Below, piece after piece: positions 34,676 through 44,328 of a stretch of 51,263 nucleotides of DNA. The position numbers were made by a program, and so were the translations under genes. Under the pieces are notes generated by a model that was given only the letters and a program-made list of their open reading frames with translations, had not been told where the DNA came from and did no database searches. This DNA comes from a virus. Taxonomy: Duplodnaviria > Caudoviricetes. Numbering within the stretch: the stretch's first letter is position 1; every line of letters starts with the position of its first letter. The stretch covers positions 1 to 51,263 of IMG/VR virus record IMGVR_UViG_3300032216_001421. One strand, 5' to 3'.

Positions 34676-35534
34676 TGAAATCCTCCCCAAACTCTTTCTT
34701 CCACTGCTCTTGTGCCTGAACCATAGCCGTCTCTAAGTCGATTGACGAATTAAGTCTTGCCTTAGCCTGAACAGCCAAATCTGGAAAGCGCTTGATAAAC
34801 ATCTTCCACAGCATGTCCCCGTTAGTTTCTTTATTAATTTTTAAGGCGCCAAAAAATATACGCATCATCTCTTGCTCAATAGCGCCATTAGTGTCGTACT
34901 GGGTACGGGATTTAGCTAGGGCAATGAAGAAACGGCTTCCAGCCATCTTCCAAGGTGGAATGCCCCAAATCTGACTCATCTGTGTAACAAACTCGTTTAT
35001 GGACTGATTTACATTCCAGCCGTCTGGTGACGTGGTTTCGCGGTCAATAACTTTCTTCTCGTGCTCTTCTTCTTTTTTCTCCTTGTAGGCGGCTTTGCGT
35101 TCCGCCATTCCCTTAAGGCGCTCGGCTTGTCGCTCATCGGCTTCGGAGGTCGAAGTATTTTCAAAAAATTCGTATCCCACTTTTTCATCCAATCGCTCGA
35201 TTGATGTTTTATTAGTATTACTAGCTGAATAAGCTAATACTTGTATTGTGCTATTCTGCACAGTGTGTTGTATCTGAAGGACGTTTTGTGACCCCCAGGA
35301 ATTAGCCTCCAGGAATCCCTTTTCGGTTACATAACTTACGGTTACTACGCGGTTTCCCACCCGTTCCTTTCGGGTCAGGATGAGTCCAGCGTCTCGCAAC
35401 TCTCGGAGTGCGGTTTGTATTGCTTTTCTGTTTTCTGCGACTACCTCAGCCAAACGGTCAGCACTGATAGACATATCGCTATTAACAAAATAATGAAGGG
35501 CAGCTCGTGCTCTTAAAGAGAGCTTTGTCGACAT
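34668..35534 (-). CDS. HTH replication initiator-like protein
   Basis: LSLRARA...AIQTALRELRDAGLI winged HTH immediately upstream of the DnaC-like gene. Confidence 0.65.
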   Translation of the reverse strand: MSTKLSLRARAALHYFVNSDMSISADRLAEVVAENRKAIQTALRELRDAGLILTRKERVGNRVVTVSYVTEKGFLEANSWGSQNVLQIQHTVQNSTIQVLAYSASNTNKTSIERLDEKVGYEFFENTSTSEADERQAERLKGMAERKAAYKEKKEEEHEKKVIDRETTSPDGWNVNQSINEFVTQMSQIWGIPPWKMAGSRFFIALAKSRTQYDTNGAIEQEMMRIFFGALKINKETNGDMLWKMFIKRFPDLAVQAKARLNSSIDLETAMVQAQEQWKKEFGEDFSV

Positions 35535-36094
35535 TTAATCATCTCTTGCACAATTTCCTGTGCTCTTTTAAGAACGGCGTCCAACTCGTCAGTTAAAGAC
35601 TCTAAGCTGGTCTCTGGCGCCCTAATAATTTCCTTTACGACTTCTATATGCTCTTGTATAGGTGACGTCTTAATAACGTCGTTTAAGGGCACTAAACCAT
35701 CACATAGGTTAAAAGCTTGAACTTCTTGAGCCAAACAATACTTAAGAGCAGAAAAACACTGGTCATCTTGTTCATCCCATAAGAGGAATGCAGTTGAGTC
35801 TTTACCTTCAACAAAAGACACTGCGTCTTTAATTGGGTCTGCACTTGTAGATTGCGAAGCGCCAGGAATTCCTGCAGTCTGGGCATCTTCATGGCAGAAG
35901 ACCATAATGTCTTTGTCACATACCTTTGCGTATTGTGCAGCAAGTGTTTGGCTTTTAGTGGGGGCCTTTTCGTAGGCTAAAACTAAAGTGCCACCAGCAC
36001 CTTTTGCGTAATAATGGTCTTCCATAAGGGCTTCAATATTTGCCCTACTGCTCTCGCCATTACCTGTAACTAAAACAAAATACTCGTTAGCCAT
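35513..36094 (-). CDS. Hypothetical alpha/beta protein (possibly SLOG-like)
   Basis: VLVTGNG N-terminal strand-loop; AGGAGG RBS. Confidence 0.65.
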   Translation of the reverse strand: MANEYFVLVTGNGESSRANIEALMEDHYYAKGAGGTLVLAYEKAPTKSQTLAAQYAKVCDKDIMVFCHEDAQTAGIPGASQSTSADPIKDAVSFVEGKDSTAFLLWDEQDDQCFSALKYCLAQEVQAFNLCDGLVPLNDVIKTSPIQEHIEVVKEIIRAPETSLESLTDELDAVLKRAQEIVQEMIKCRQSSL

Positions 36095-36133
36095 AGGCCC
36101 TCCTTGTTCAACGGAGCGCCAGCATACACAGCC

Positions 36134-36418
36134 CTAGCGCTCCCTGCCAACTGCGTGGATTACGGCGGGTTGATAGGAATTAAGGCGTTCTGCGATTACT
36201 ACTAGGGCAGAACCAAAAAAGGCACTAGCCACGGTGTAGACAATAAAGAGCTTAACTGTGGTGACATTCATCAGCCCCGTACCGCCAGCAGATATAACAA
36301 GGGTTACAAAGGCGCGAATTAAACGCATATCAATAAATGAATCTAATATAGATATTAGTTGGTTTACTACCGCAAAGATAAAAGCAGTAAAACCTGAAAT
36401 AAGGAGAAGGGTTAACAT
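36134..36418 (-). CDS. Small multi-pass membrane protein (holin candidate)
   Basis: About three hydrophobic segments, directly after the tail module. Confidence 0.55.
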   Translation of the reverse strand: MLTLLLISGFTAFIFAVVNQLISILDSFIDMRLIRAFVTLVISAGGTGLMNVTTVKLFIVYTVASAFFGSALVVIAERLNSYQPAVIHAVGRER

Positions 36419-36434
36419 GCCCCTTATCTTACTA

Positions 36435-38438
36435 CTAAGAAGGCTGTGCGAACAAAAGCTCGAAAGTACTGCCTACGTTAATCCAGTTTGGCAAAGTAGA
36501 AATAAGGCGGCTTTGTACTGCAAAACGGTTTAGGTAGTAGTGGCTTCGTGATGCGTTAGCAGTGCCTTCCCAGAAAAGGTCTGTTTTCTGGGCTACTCCG
36601 TTGCTTCCATCAAAAAACGAGTTAACAAAAGAAGACTTTTCAAAAAGGGCGGCATCTACGTACATTTCATTTGAAATACTTGTTGCTGTCCACTTGACCC
36701 CCACTTTAGCCGTAGTAGCAGAGGTTGGTGCAGAAGATACAACTGAGACTCGTGTCCATCCACCAGAGGAAATCAATGCTGTGCCGTTTATCGTTGAGAT
36801 TAAAACATTTGAGCTGTCATACCAAGAGATAAATGGAGTTACCGCATGTGACATAGCAGATTCATTGAAGTACATACTGAATGCGTAGTCATTACCAGCA
36901 AATATTGGCATAGCGTTTGAGGTTAAAGATACAAGACCAGTAGCAATAGGGTACATCTCGACAGAACCACCACTTATAGATACGGATGGAGCATCGTGGT
37001 CTGATTCAACTTCAGTAGACGACAATACCAAAGTTGCGTTACTTGGTGTCCAATTATTTGTATTTGTTTCAAAATTAGGGTTTAAAACTTCATTGATACG
37101 GCTCGCAACAAGTGTAATTTCAATTTGTCGTGCTTCTTTAAAGTATGTTGCTGAGCTTCCAAGTTCAAATTGAAGGCAATCAAAATAATGTTTTTCTGTA
37201 TTTACTGTGCTGGGAATGAGGATGTGTGGGACGCAAAAATAAGCACCAGTTGGCGCAGTCTGTGACACTTGAAATTGATGCCAAGAACCAGCTGTATCAG
37301 CAACACCAGTACCAGCAGAAGATGAAGATATAAGAACGCCCGTACTGCTGTACCAATAAAGCTTTCCTTGTACGTTTCTTGCAGTGGTTCCAGCACGAGC
37401 ATAACCGCTAAAAGTATAGGTAGAGCCAGCAGTTACAGGAATCCCATAATGGATGGGGGTGTCTCCTGATAAGGAAAGCTCTGCGGTACCAGATGCAGTA
37501 CCAGTAACTTGAAGCGTTCCTGCTTGAAGATTGGGAAAAGTAGCGTTTGATTGAACTTCATTGTACGGAGCAATGCTTGGGCTATCAGTTGCTGAATGTC
37601 GAGCTAATGTGCAGTTTGATATTGATGCCCATGAGCCAATTGACTGTTCAAATGAGGAGTCATTTTGGTCAAGCATAAGGTTTTTACTCATAGCAACAGA
37701 GTTGTCATATCCAGCGTAAGCTTTAACGTACTCTTCTACGCCAAGCTTGCTTCCCTTATTTTTATATAAACGAATAGCGTTATTAAGAAGAATTCTTGAT
37801 TGTTTAAGGCCAAGCTCTGGTTCATAACGAAGTCCAAATTGTTTCATAAATACAGGTACCAATAAACCATTGATAGTTGTAATGTCGTAACGATTAATTA
37901 CATTTTCAGTTTGGCTTTTGTACAAATCTAAATTAAGAGCAAATAATTTTAAAAATCGTTTAAGAAAAGTGTTTGATTCATCAATAGCCGAATCGTAAGG
38001 AACTTGAGATGTAAGAATAGACGGTAAATAATTAAACATGGACTCATTAGTATTGTAATCCTTAACAGATACACCAACAGCATTGCCAGCTATTTGCCAA
38101 GTAGAGTGAGTTGTTTCCCTAGCAAAAATTGAATAATAATAAGGATGAGCTGGCTTTAACCCAACGTTATTTGGTATAGAGCCATTGTCATTAAAAAAAG
38201 TTCTAGATGTGGCTTTTGCGTCTTCAAAAAGGACATCACCATCATCCGCTGTTACTGGAAATCCATAGGAGTTACGAACAAGTCGTAAATAATCCCAGTC
38301 ACCAGTTGGAGTTGTCCAGGTAAGTTGAATTGACGAATAATCATATGTTTTTGCTAAAAATGGGTAGGCGTTAAACTGTACTAGGTTGTTAGCACCGTAG
38401 TACGCAGCACCATAATAATCAACACCATAAATAGCCAT
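36435..38438 (-). CDS. Tail/baseplate protein (P2 gpI-like domain plus carbohydrate-binding-like repeats)
   Basis: YLP..FL.LF...YKNKGS.LG; repeated NP.FE/SSFE...W, AP..A...DxxxFE modules. Confidence 0.75.
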   Translation of the reverse strand: MAIYGVDYYGAAYYGANNLVQFNAYPFLAKTYDYSSIQLTWTTPTGDWDYLRLVRNSYGFPVTADDGDVLFEDAKATSRTFFNDNGSIPNNVGLKPAHPYYYSIFARETTHSTWQIAGNAVGVSVKDYNTNESMFNYLPSILTSQVPYDSAIDESNTFLKRFLKLFALNLDLYKSQTENVINRYDITTINGLLVPVFMKQFGLRYEPELGLKQSRILLNNAIRLYKNKGSKLGVEEYVKAYAGYDNSVAMSKNLMLDQNDSSFEQSIGSWASISNCTLARHSATDSPSIAPYNEVQSNATFPNLQAGTLQVTGTASGTAELSLSGDTPIHYGIPVTAGSTYTFSGYARAGTTARNVQGKLYWYSSTGVLISSSSAGTGVADTAGSWHQFQVSQTAPTGAYFCVPHILIPSTVNTEKHYFDCLQFELGSSATYFKEARQIEITLVASRINEVLNPNFETNTNNWTPSNATLVLSSTEVESDHDAPSVSISGGSVEMYPIATGLVSLTSNAMPIFAGNDYAFSMYFNESAMSHAVTPFISWYDSSNVLISTINGTALISSGGWTRVSVVSSAPTSATTAKVGVKWTATSISNEMYVDAALFEKSSFVNSFFDGSNGVAQKTDLFWEGTANASRSHYYLNRFAVQSRLISTLPNWINVGSTFELLFAQPS

Positions 38439-38446
38439 TTAGGTAA

Positions 38447-38896
38447 TTACATCCCACCAAGCATAAAGGAAGTAATAATAGGGTCAACAACAGCGCCTGG
38501 AGCTGCCCACTTTACTCCGTTTGTTGCTGTTGAATCAGCAGTTAAGATATACGCGTCTGTTCCTACAGCAAGTTTAGATACCGCACCAGAACCAGAAGCA
38601 ACAATTAAATCGCCTTTTGCAGTTAGCGTGGATAGTTTTACATATTGAGTGTGGGTATCAGCAACAATTCCTTTTTCAATATTTGCAAGTCGACCGTTGA
38701 GGGTAGTGTAGTCAGTTGCTGTGTTTGACCAACCAGATGCTGTGGCTGCAGTAGCAACGGAAGGTGTAGTACCTATAACAGATTCAATAGCTGTTACTTC
38801 TTCAAAAAGGGAGTTTGGGTCCGCTGCTTGAATGAGGTCTACAACATTTACTTTTGGAGTAAACGCTTTAACGGAGTTTGGGTATGAGGCTGCCAT
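38447..38896 (-). CDS. Short tail fibre-associated protein
   Basis: AKGDLIVA..LAVG...LTADS...GVKW motif. Confidence 0.65.
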   Translation of the reverse strand: MAASYPNSVKAFTPKVNVVDLIQAADPNSLFEEVTAIESVIGTTPSVATAATASGWSNTATDYTTLNGRLANIEKGIVADTHTQYVKLSTLTAKGDLIVASGSGAVSKLAVGTDAYILTADSTATNGVKWAAPGAVVDPIITSFMLGGM

Positions 38897-38904
38897 ATTT
38901 ATCC

Positions 38905-40611
38905 TTAGCTTAGGATTCCACCGATTGGGTTAATGGTAATTACCCCAACCTTAGGAATTTCGTTGGTTGCACATTGAATACTGTTAATACCAGTTGTAGA
39001 AATTGAAGAGGCCCACAAAGAAGCTCCTGTAGTAGAGCTCGTCCCACCAGTAACAGCTGATAGGGTGATGGTCCCAGCATTAGAATCAAAAGAAGAAATA
39101 GTTGTTCCAGATGCAATTGTTACAGTACCTGAATCAACAGCAACTTGTTGTCCTACCGCAATGTTGAGAAAAGAAGACACATTTGAAATAGTTGCGCTCC
39201 CAGCAGTTATGTTTCCAGTAAAGGAGGCATCTGCCCTAGTCAATAAGGTTACGTCCGCGTAAGAAACACCAGATACAGATGAGATGGCTGATAGTACATA
39301 TTGAAGAACAAATTGTTCTGCAAAAGTAGTGTTGTCAAAATTTAACAACGTTGTTAGGGCACTATAAACAGCATTAGAAACGTTTACTTGTCGATATTGT
39401 GCTGCAATGTGAAGATTTAAAGTTATATTAATAGGGACGTATTTAGGGGGTAGCACAGTTACTGTGGTTGTTGCTGGGGCTTTATCAGTAATAAAGGAGA
39501 TAACATCTGTAGAAGCGTTAGTAAAGATAGAGTTGGCATTTCCACTAGAGTCAATACCTGGCGTACCAAGGCTAGTATCTCCGTAAGGAGCAATGTACAA
39601 AAGAATATTGTTATAAACAGTGCCGTCAGCAACTGCTTTTCCTACAGAGGGGACTTGAACGGATAGAGCCGCATAATCTGATAAAGAAACTGCTCTGTTA
39701 AGCGCGGTTAAAGCAAAAGGAGCATTAAAACGAATGCTATCTGTTGATTCTGGGTCAGAACCCCCAGAAGCTGCATTTTGATTATTAACTGTAATGCCAG
39801 CAATAACGTTAGTAAGTAAGTAGGTAAGAGTGTTAGGACCAACATTTCCATATGCTCCACCACCCACACGGTATGTTGCGTACACTGCACCTGCTGGTGG
39901 AATACGACCACTAATATTGTCGCCAAAAGTAAGGTAAGAAATGCCATCAGCTGTTGTTGTAACTGTATATGATGGGTCGTTATAACCAGCATCAATTAAA
40001 TAGTTAACTGCGTTATATATAACAGAATTTGCTGTAACGGATGTTGTTTTTGAAATTAATGGGTTTTGGGCTAAAGTAAATACTTGATACGCGGTTCCAT
40101 CCGAATCCCCAAGGTATTCATCCGTAATAGTTACTCCTTGAGTTGCGGTAACGTTTTGGGACCCTTTTACAGCTCCAACAGCTGCAGGAACAGAGATAGT
40201 AGAATCAGTTTCAAAAATAATTTGAGTAGTAACACCATTTACTGTAGTTGTAGTGGCTACTTGAGTTTTTGCTGGAATTGAAACAATATTTGCTGTACTG
40301 TTTTGAAAAGTAAGGGTTACTGTTGCTGGGGTACCGTTACTTGGGGTGTAATTAAGAAGGTTAGCAATAGAAAGAACAGAGCTGCGCTGTGTTGCAGTAT
40401 TAATGAAGCCTTCATTTGCGGAACGGTCAATATAATAATTGAGCATATCCCCCATATAAGCAAATAGCTCAATAAGGGCAATTCCAAAATCTGATGCGTC
40501 AGTAGAAGTCCATTCAGGCAAAAGATTTGGAATAAGAGCAATCATGTCATTACGAATAGACGAGTAATCACGAGAAGTGTAATCTACTTGCGGTATGTAA
40601 TTTGATGCCAT
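38905..40611 (-). CDS. Baseplate wedge protein (J/gp6-like)
   Basis: DYTSRDY, EW...SDFG..LIELFAY, FGD...GRIP, GG.DPES, RAVS..DY. Confidence 0.88.
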   Translation of the reverse strand: MASNYIPQVDYTSRDYSSIRNDMIALIPNLLPEWTSTDASDFGIALIELFAYMGDMLNYYIDRSANEGFINTATQRSSVLSIANLLNYTPSNGTPATVTLTFQNSTANIVSIPAKTQVATTTTVNGVTTQIIFETDSTISVPAAVGAVKGSQNVTATQGVTITDEYLGDSDGTAYQVFTLAQNPLISKTTSVTANSVIYNAVNYLIDAGYNDPSYTVTTTADGISYLTFGDNISGRIPPAGAVYATYRVGGGAYGNVGPNTLTYLLTNVIAGITVNNQNAASGGSDPESTDSIRFNAPFALTALNRAVSLSDYAALSVQVPSVGKAVADGTVYNNILLYIAPYGDTSLGTPGIDSSGNANSIFTNASTDVISFITDKAPATTTVTVLPPKYVPINITLNLHIAAQYRQVNVSNAVYSALTTLLNFDNTTFAEQFVLQYVLSAISSVSGVSYADVTLLTRADASFTGNITAGSATISNVSSFLNIAVGQQVAVDSGTVTIASGTTISSFDSNAGTITLSAVTGGTSSTTGASLWASSISTTGINSIQCATNEIPKVGVITINPIGGILS

Positions 40612-41006
40612 TAGAACTCCTGAATAACGTCGCCTGAGCGGGTGAGGTACCCAGCTTTAACCGAAACTTGGTCAGATGCCCCGCTCGGGAGCTTGTAGTA
40701 AATTGTAACGCTTATGGTGCCTAATTGGGAGTCCATAGCAGTCGTGATATTTTCTAAAGTGAGGGTTTGTAAATAGGACGCAAACGTATTGGTAACACTT
40801 CGTCTAATGTTTGAGTCTGCCGAATCGCTAGATTCAAATAAGGAAGCTTTTATAGAACCCCCATATTGAGGACGAAAAACTCGTTCTCCGAACTCAGTCA
40901 TAACCGCAGAAATAACACGTGTTTGCCAAATTTTATTTTGGTTGTTAGACGACAAAATTGAGCCTGATGCGTCTATTGAAAAAGGAAGGACAATTGCGCG
41001 TTCCAT
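40611..41006 (-). CDS. Baseplate wedge protein (gp25/GPW-like)
   Basis: LPF...T.FGERVFRPQYG. Confidence 0.85.
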   Translation of the reverse strand: MERAIVLPFSIDASGSILSSNNQNKIWQTRVISAVMTEFGERVFRPQYGGSIKASLFESSDSADSNIRRSVTNTFASYLQTLTLENITTAMDSQLGTISVTIYYKLPSGASDQVSVKAGYLTRSGDVIQEF

Positions 41007-41491
41007 TAATACACTCCCATCCAAATTGGAAAGTTAGGGTCTCCGCCCTCAAACATTACCCAAACACCTTGGTTAATATTTGGAACTTTTCTATGAAGCG
41101 TATGCTCCGTATCGTTTGTTTCTAAAGGGTCGGTAAGTTCTGCGTGGGCGTGAGTCAATTCCCCACTATTACCTGCGTGAGCTGCGTGCGACAACGTTTG
41201 GGTAGCGCTAAATGTATGTGTATGAGACGGACTCCCACCAGAACTGGTTGTTCCCGATACAGATACAGCATGGCTGGCATGAGTAGTAAGAAGCGCGGCT
41301 ACTTCGGAAGCAAGGTGAGGAAGGTGGTCTGGATGGTTAGCATTAGTGACCACTGGAAGGCATGGATACGCCCAGTTAGTTACATTGGTGTGAAGAACTT
41401 GCGGCACTTTAAGCCTAATACGGCTAAGGTTTTCTGGGTCTTCGTTATCAACACAGACGCCTCTATAAATACCAAAGTATGAAGTGCTCAT
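41006..41491 (-). CDS. Baseplate spike (gp5/gpV-type OB fold) with His-rich insertion
   Basis: GIYRG.C.DN.DP..L.RI...VP..WAYPC and VP...VWVMFEGGDP..PIW.G. Confidence 0.85.
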   Translation of the reverse strand: MSTSYFGIYRGVCVDNEDPENLSRIRLKVPQVLHTNVTNWAYPCLPVVTNANHPDHLPHLASEVAALLTTHASHAVSVSGTTSSGGSPSHTHTFSATQTLSHAAHAGNSGELTHAHAELTDPLETNDTEHTLHRKVPNINQGVWVMFEGGDPNFPIWMGVY

Positions 41492-42801
41492 AAACCGCTC
41501 AATTTCTTATTTAAAACTGCAGGTGGCATTTTTACATCTTTAAAAGGTGTTTGGCGTACATTACCAGATGTTCCTACCCATTTATGGGCAGGAGAACCAA
41601 TTGTTTGCGTTTTAGGTACATTTTTTACAACAGAAAAATGAGATGAAGAATTTTTACGGTAAGAAGAACCCGTTTTTTTAAGGACTGTTTTTGGAACAAT
41701 ATTTTTTTGTCGCACACCCGAAGAAATTACTCGTTTAACAGATTGTTCTGGCGCCAAAATATCTTTGTTATCTGTCCATTTTGCGGCTAAACCAAGGGAG
41801 TCGGTTCCAATTTCAATTGTTGTAGTAAACACCTCTTTTTCAACATGGTGCTCTACAGAAAGAACCGTCCAAAAACCAGAGTACATTGAGCCAACCCCAT
41901 CCAAATAAATTGGAGCATCAGGCAAAAGGTTAGGGCTTCCTTGTATAGTTGCCATACCTCTGTATGCGTACCTGTTTCTTTCATCGGCAGCATTAGATTC
42001 ATATTGAGCAATTTCAAATGTTGGAGCTACTACATTAGTTTGGTAAGAGTCAAAAACTACGGGTTTTGCGCTACGTCGTGTTTTTACAATTCCTTTTTGA
42101 TTGGTTTTTTGATGTTCCGTAGCATTAGACCTATCAACACCGCTAGTAGCTACAGAAGCTTTTTTAGCATCTTCAAAAGGAATAGACTCTCCAACTAATG
42201 GTTTAAATGAATAGATACCTGTTTTTTTGCTGTCTAAACCATTCATTTTGTAATAAGCAGCTTGAGCTCTAAGGTCTGTAAAAGCTTGAGTTAACGGGTG
42301 AAATATAACTGTTGCGTTATCGCATTTTAAAGAATAACCGTTTTGTTTTGCAAGGCATACCATTAATTCCCAATCAGACATTCCAGCCTGTGATACTTGG
42401 TCGTATACACGTTCTGAGGGGATGCAATCGTAAGAGAACCCATTTTTAGTTGCTATATCAGAAACTATTTGTGAGGCAGTTACGTTAACCCATACTTGTT
42501 GTGATTGTTGTTTAAATACATAAGAAGCACCAATAATTGTAACTTCCAAATAATTTTTTTCTGGCGCAATATCTGGCTCAATATGGTGTATGTATCCATT
42601 AATATTTCTAGAACTTCCCAAACCAGAAATCCCTATAGATATAGGAGTTCCAGAAACAACTGAATCATAGGGTACAGCCCATTCAGAAAAATAAACTTTT
42701 ACTGTTTCATGCTCATAACGAGCATGGGTGTGGCTAAAAGTTGCGGCTTTACTGACAGGTGCATCCAAGGTCGGAAATTGTATATCAAGGTAATTAAACA
42801 C
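41488..42801 (-). CDS. Baseplate hub (gpD/gp27/VgrG-like)
   Basis: SQAGMSDWE....LA..NG; G.P.L.P..PIYLDG.G...SG.W.V..VEH. Confidence 0.8.
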   Translation of the reverse strand: MFNYLDIQFPTLDAPVSKAATFSHTHARYEHETVKVYFSEWAVPYDSVVSGTPISIGISGLGSSRNINGYIHHIEPDIAPEKNYLEVTIIGASYVFKQQSQQVWVNVTASQIVSDIATKNGFSYDCIPSERVYDQVSQAGMSDWELMVCLAKQNGYSLKCDNATVIFHPLTQAFTDLRAQAAYYKMNGLDSKKTGIYSFKPLVGESIPFEDAKKASVATSGVDRSNATEHQKTNQKGIVKTRRSAKPVVFDSYQTNVVAPTFEIAQYESNAADERNRYAYRGMATIQGSPNLLPDAPIYLDGVGSMYSGFWTVLSVEHHVEKEVFTTTIEIGTDSLGLAAKWTDNKDILAPEQSVKRVISSGVRQKNIVPKTVLKKTGSSYRKNSSSHFSVVKNVPKTQTIGSPAHKWVGTSGNVRQTPFKDVKMPPAVLNKKLSGL

Positions 42802-43072
42802 GAGGCACCTTTAAAACTGTTCCTGGAACAATGTTATTGATATCCGAAATATCAGGGTTGTATTCTGAAATAAGCCACCATAAATCTGGACGATAATAGT
42901 ATTTGTATGCAATTTGGTCTAGACGTTCTCCAGCTAAATACACATGTTCGTACCAAGCAGTGTTTCCTGGCGTATCAAATTCATAATAAACTATTGGGTA
43001 ATTATCGCCTTCTGGATAAAAAGCAATATAGTCAATTAATTGGGTGTAGTACCTAGATGTTTGATAAATCAT
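42794..43072 (-). CDS. LysM-like/tail X baseplate protein
   Basis: GERLD.IA..YY..PDLWW.I...NP.I.....PGT.L.VP. Confidence 0.85.
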   Translation of the reverse strand: MIYQTSRYYTQLIDYIAFYPEGDNYPIVYYEFDTPGNTAWYEHVYLAGERLDQIAYKYYYRPDLWWLISEYNPDISDINNIVPGTVLKVPRV

Positions 43073-44328
43073 CTTGTAGTCACCGTTGCTGCTGAATCTG
43101 GGGCTACCCCAAAGTTACTTGTTGTAAGCCCCGTACCAGCGCGTAAGTCTACTGAAAGTTGAACATCGGTACGAATAGGAATCATTTCTCTTGTAAAAGC
43201 TAAATGGTTTACATTTACGCTTTGAATCATTCCAACAAAACGTTGAGGACCAAGGTCAAGACGAATAATTGTAGGGAGCAAAAAACTAATATTAGAAGTA
43301 GTTCCTCCCCACGAACTTTTATACCCGTCACCATTAATAGTTCTATAAAGAAATTCTAAGTCTGCTTCTGTCCCCCTAGTAAGAAGGTCAGTTATTTTTG
43401 CTTCCATATTATTAGCAAAATCAGTATCACTATTTGGAGCTTGGCCTTTTTTATAGTACTTAGATACCTCTTGTAAACTATTAAAAAGTTGTGTTTCTTG
43501 TACGGGATTTTTTACTTTAGTGTTTAGTGCTTTAGCTGCAGCAAAATCATTTGTTCTATCAATTCTAAGAGTAAAATCAATAGTAGAGTTGGCACTTGTT
43601 AACCCCGTCAAAATAGCGGTAGCATCGTTTTGATTTGGCGTAATTCCCCAATTTACAGACGTACTTTGGCTAAAAGTTTCTGGATTCCATAAAAATTGAA
43701 AACCATAATTTTGGGTGCCTTGTCGGTTAAAAGTTTGAGTTGAGGTTTTAGCGTCGTTACTTGCAGTAGGACCAGCATATTTTCTTGCAAGAAATATTTT
43801 TCCTCGTCTCAAAGAGTGAGAATCTGTTGTAGGGGTGTTGATGCCGTCATTAATTTCTGAAGGGTCTATTGGAAGACTCCACTCATGAGGCGGAAGATTC
43901 CAACTGTATGATTGGTCTGGGTCGGATTGAATTGGAATTACGGGTGGGTTACCTGCACCACCCTTGCCCCCACCCCCACCCACACCTGCAGTTTGCTTTC
44001 CAAAATTTTTATACTTTGTATTAGGAGATTGGTTAGCTACAGAAACGCCTTGATATTTATTGTTATCGGGATTGGAATTAAGCCATTTCCAAGAGGAAAC
44101 AAGCGCATTTTCAACACCCGTTCCAATTTTTTCCACATTATGAGCACTAAGTGCATTAACTGTTGCCCCAATTACATCGGCTACACCATTAATAGCATGT
44201 CCAAAAAAATTTTCTGTGTGCCCAGCGGCCCTAGTCAAACGACTACCATAGTTTGTAGGAACAGTTTTTGCGGAGGTGTACCATTTATTAGAGGTTCTTT
44301 TATTGGCACCGCTGGTTACGTTGGTCAT
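43069..44328 (-). CDS. Tail tube initiator-like protein
   Basis: FQFLWNPE; I.SV.V.H..F...MIPIRT.V; position after tape measure. Confidence 0.65.
   Translation of the reverse strand: MTNVTSGANKRTSNKWYTSAKTVPTNYGSRLTRAAGHTENFFGHAINGVADVIGATVNALSAHNVEKIGTGVENALVSSWKWLNSNPDNNKYQGVSVANQSPNTKYKNFGKQTAGVGGGGGKGGAGNPPVIPIQSDPDQSYSWNLPPHEWSLPIDPSEINDGINTPTTDSHSLRRGKIFLARKYAGPTASNDAKTSTQTFNRQGTQNYGFQFLWNPETFSQSTSVNWGITPNQNDATAILTGLTSANSTIDFTLRIDRTNDFAAAKALNTKVKNPVQETQLFNSLQEVSKYYKKGQAPNSDTDFANNMEAKITDLLTRGTEADLEFLYRTINGDGYKSSWGGTTSNISFLLPTIIRLDLGPQRFVGMIQSVNVNHLAFTREMIPIRTDVQLSVDLRAGTGLTTSNFGVAPDSAATVTTR

Noticed and set aside
35200-35290. Lambda-O-like iterons inside the initiator gene
   Set aside because: AT-rich with loose GCTA/TAGC motifs, but no clear direct repeats I can define.
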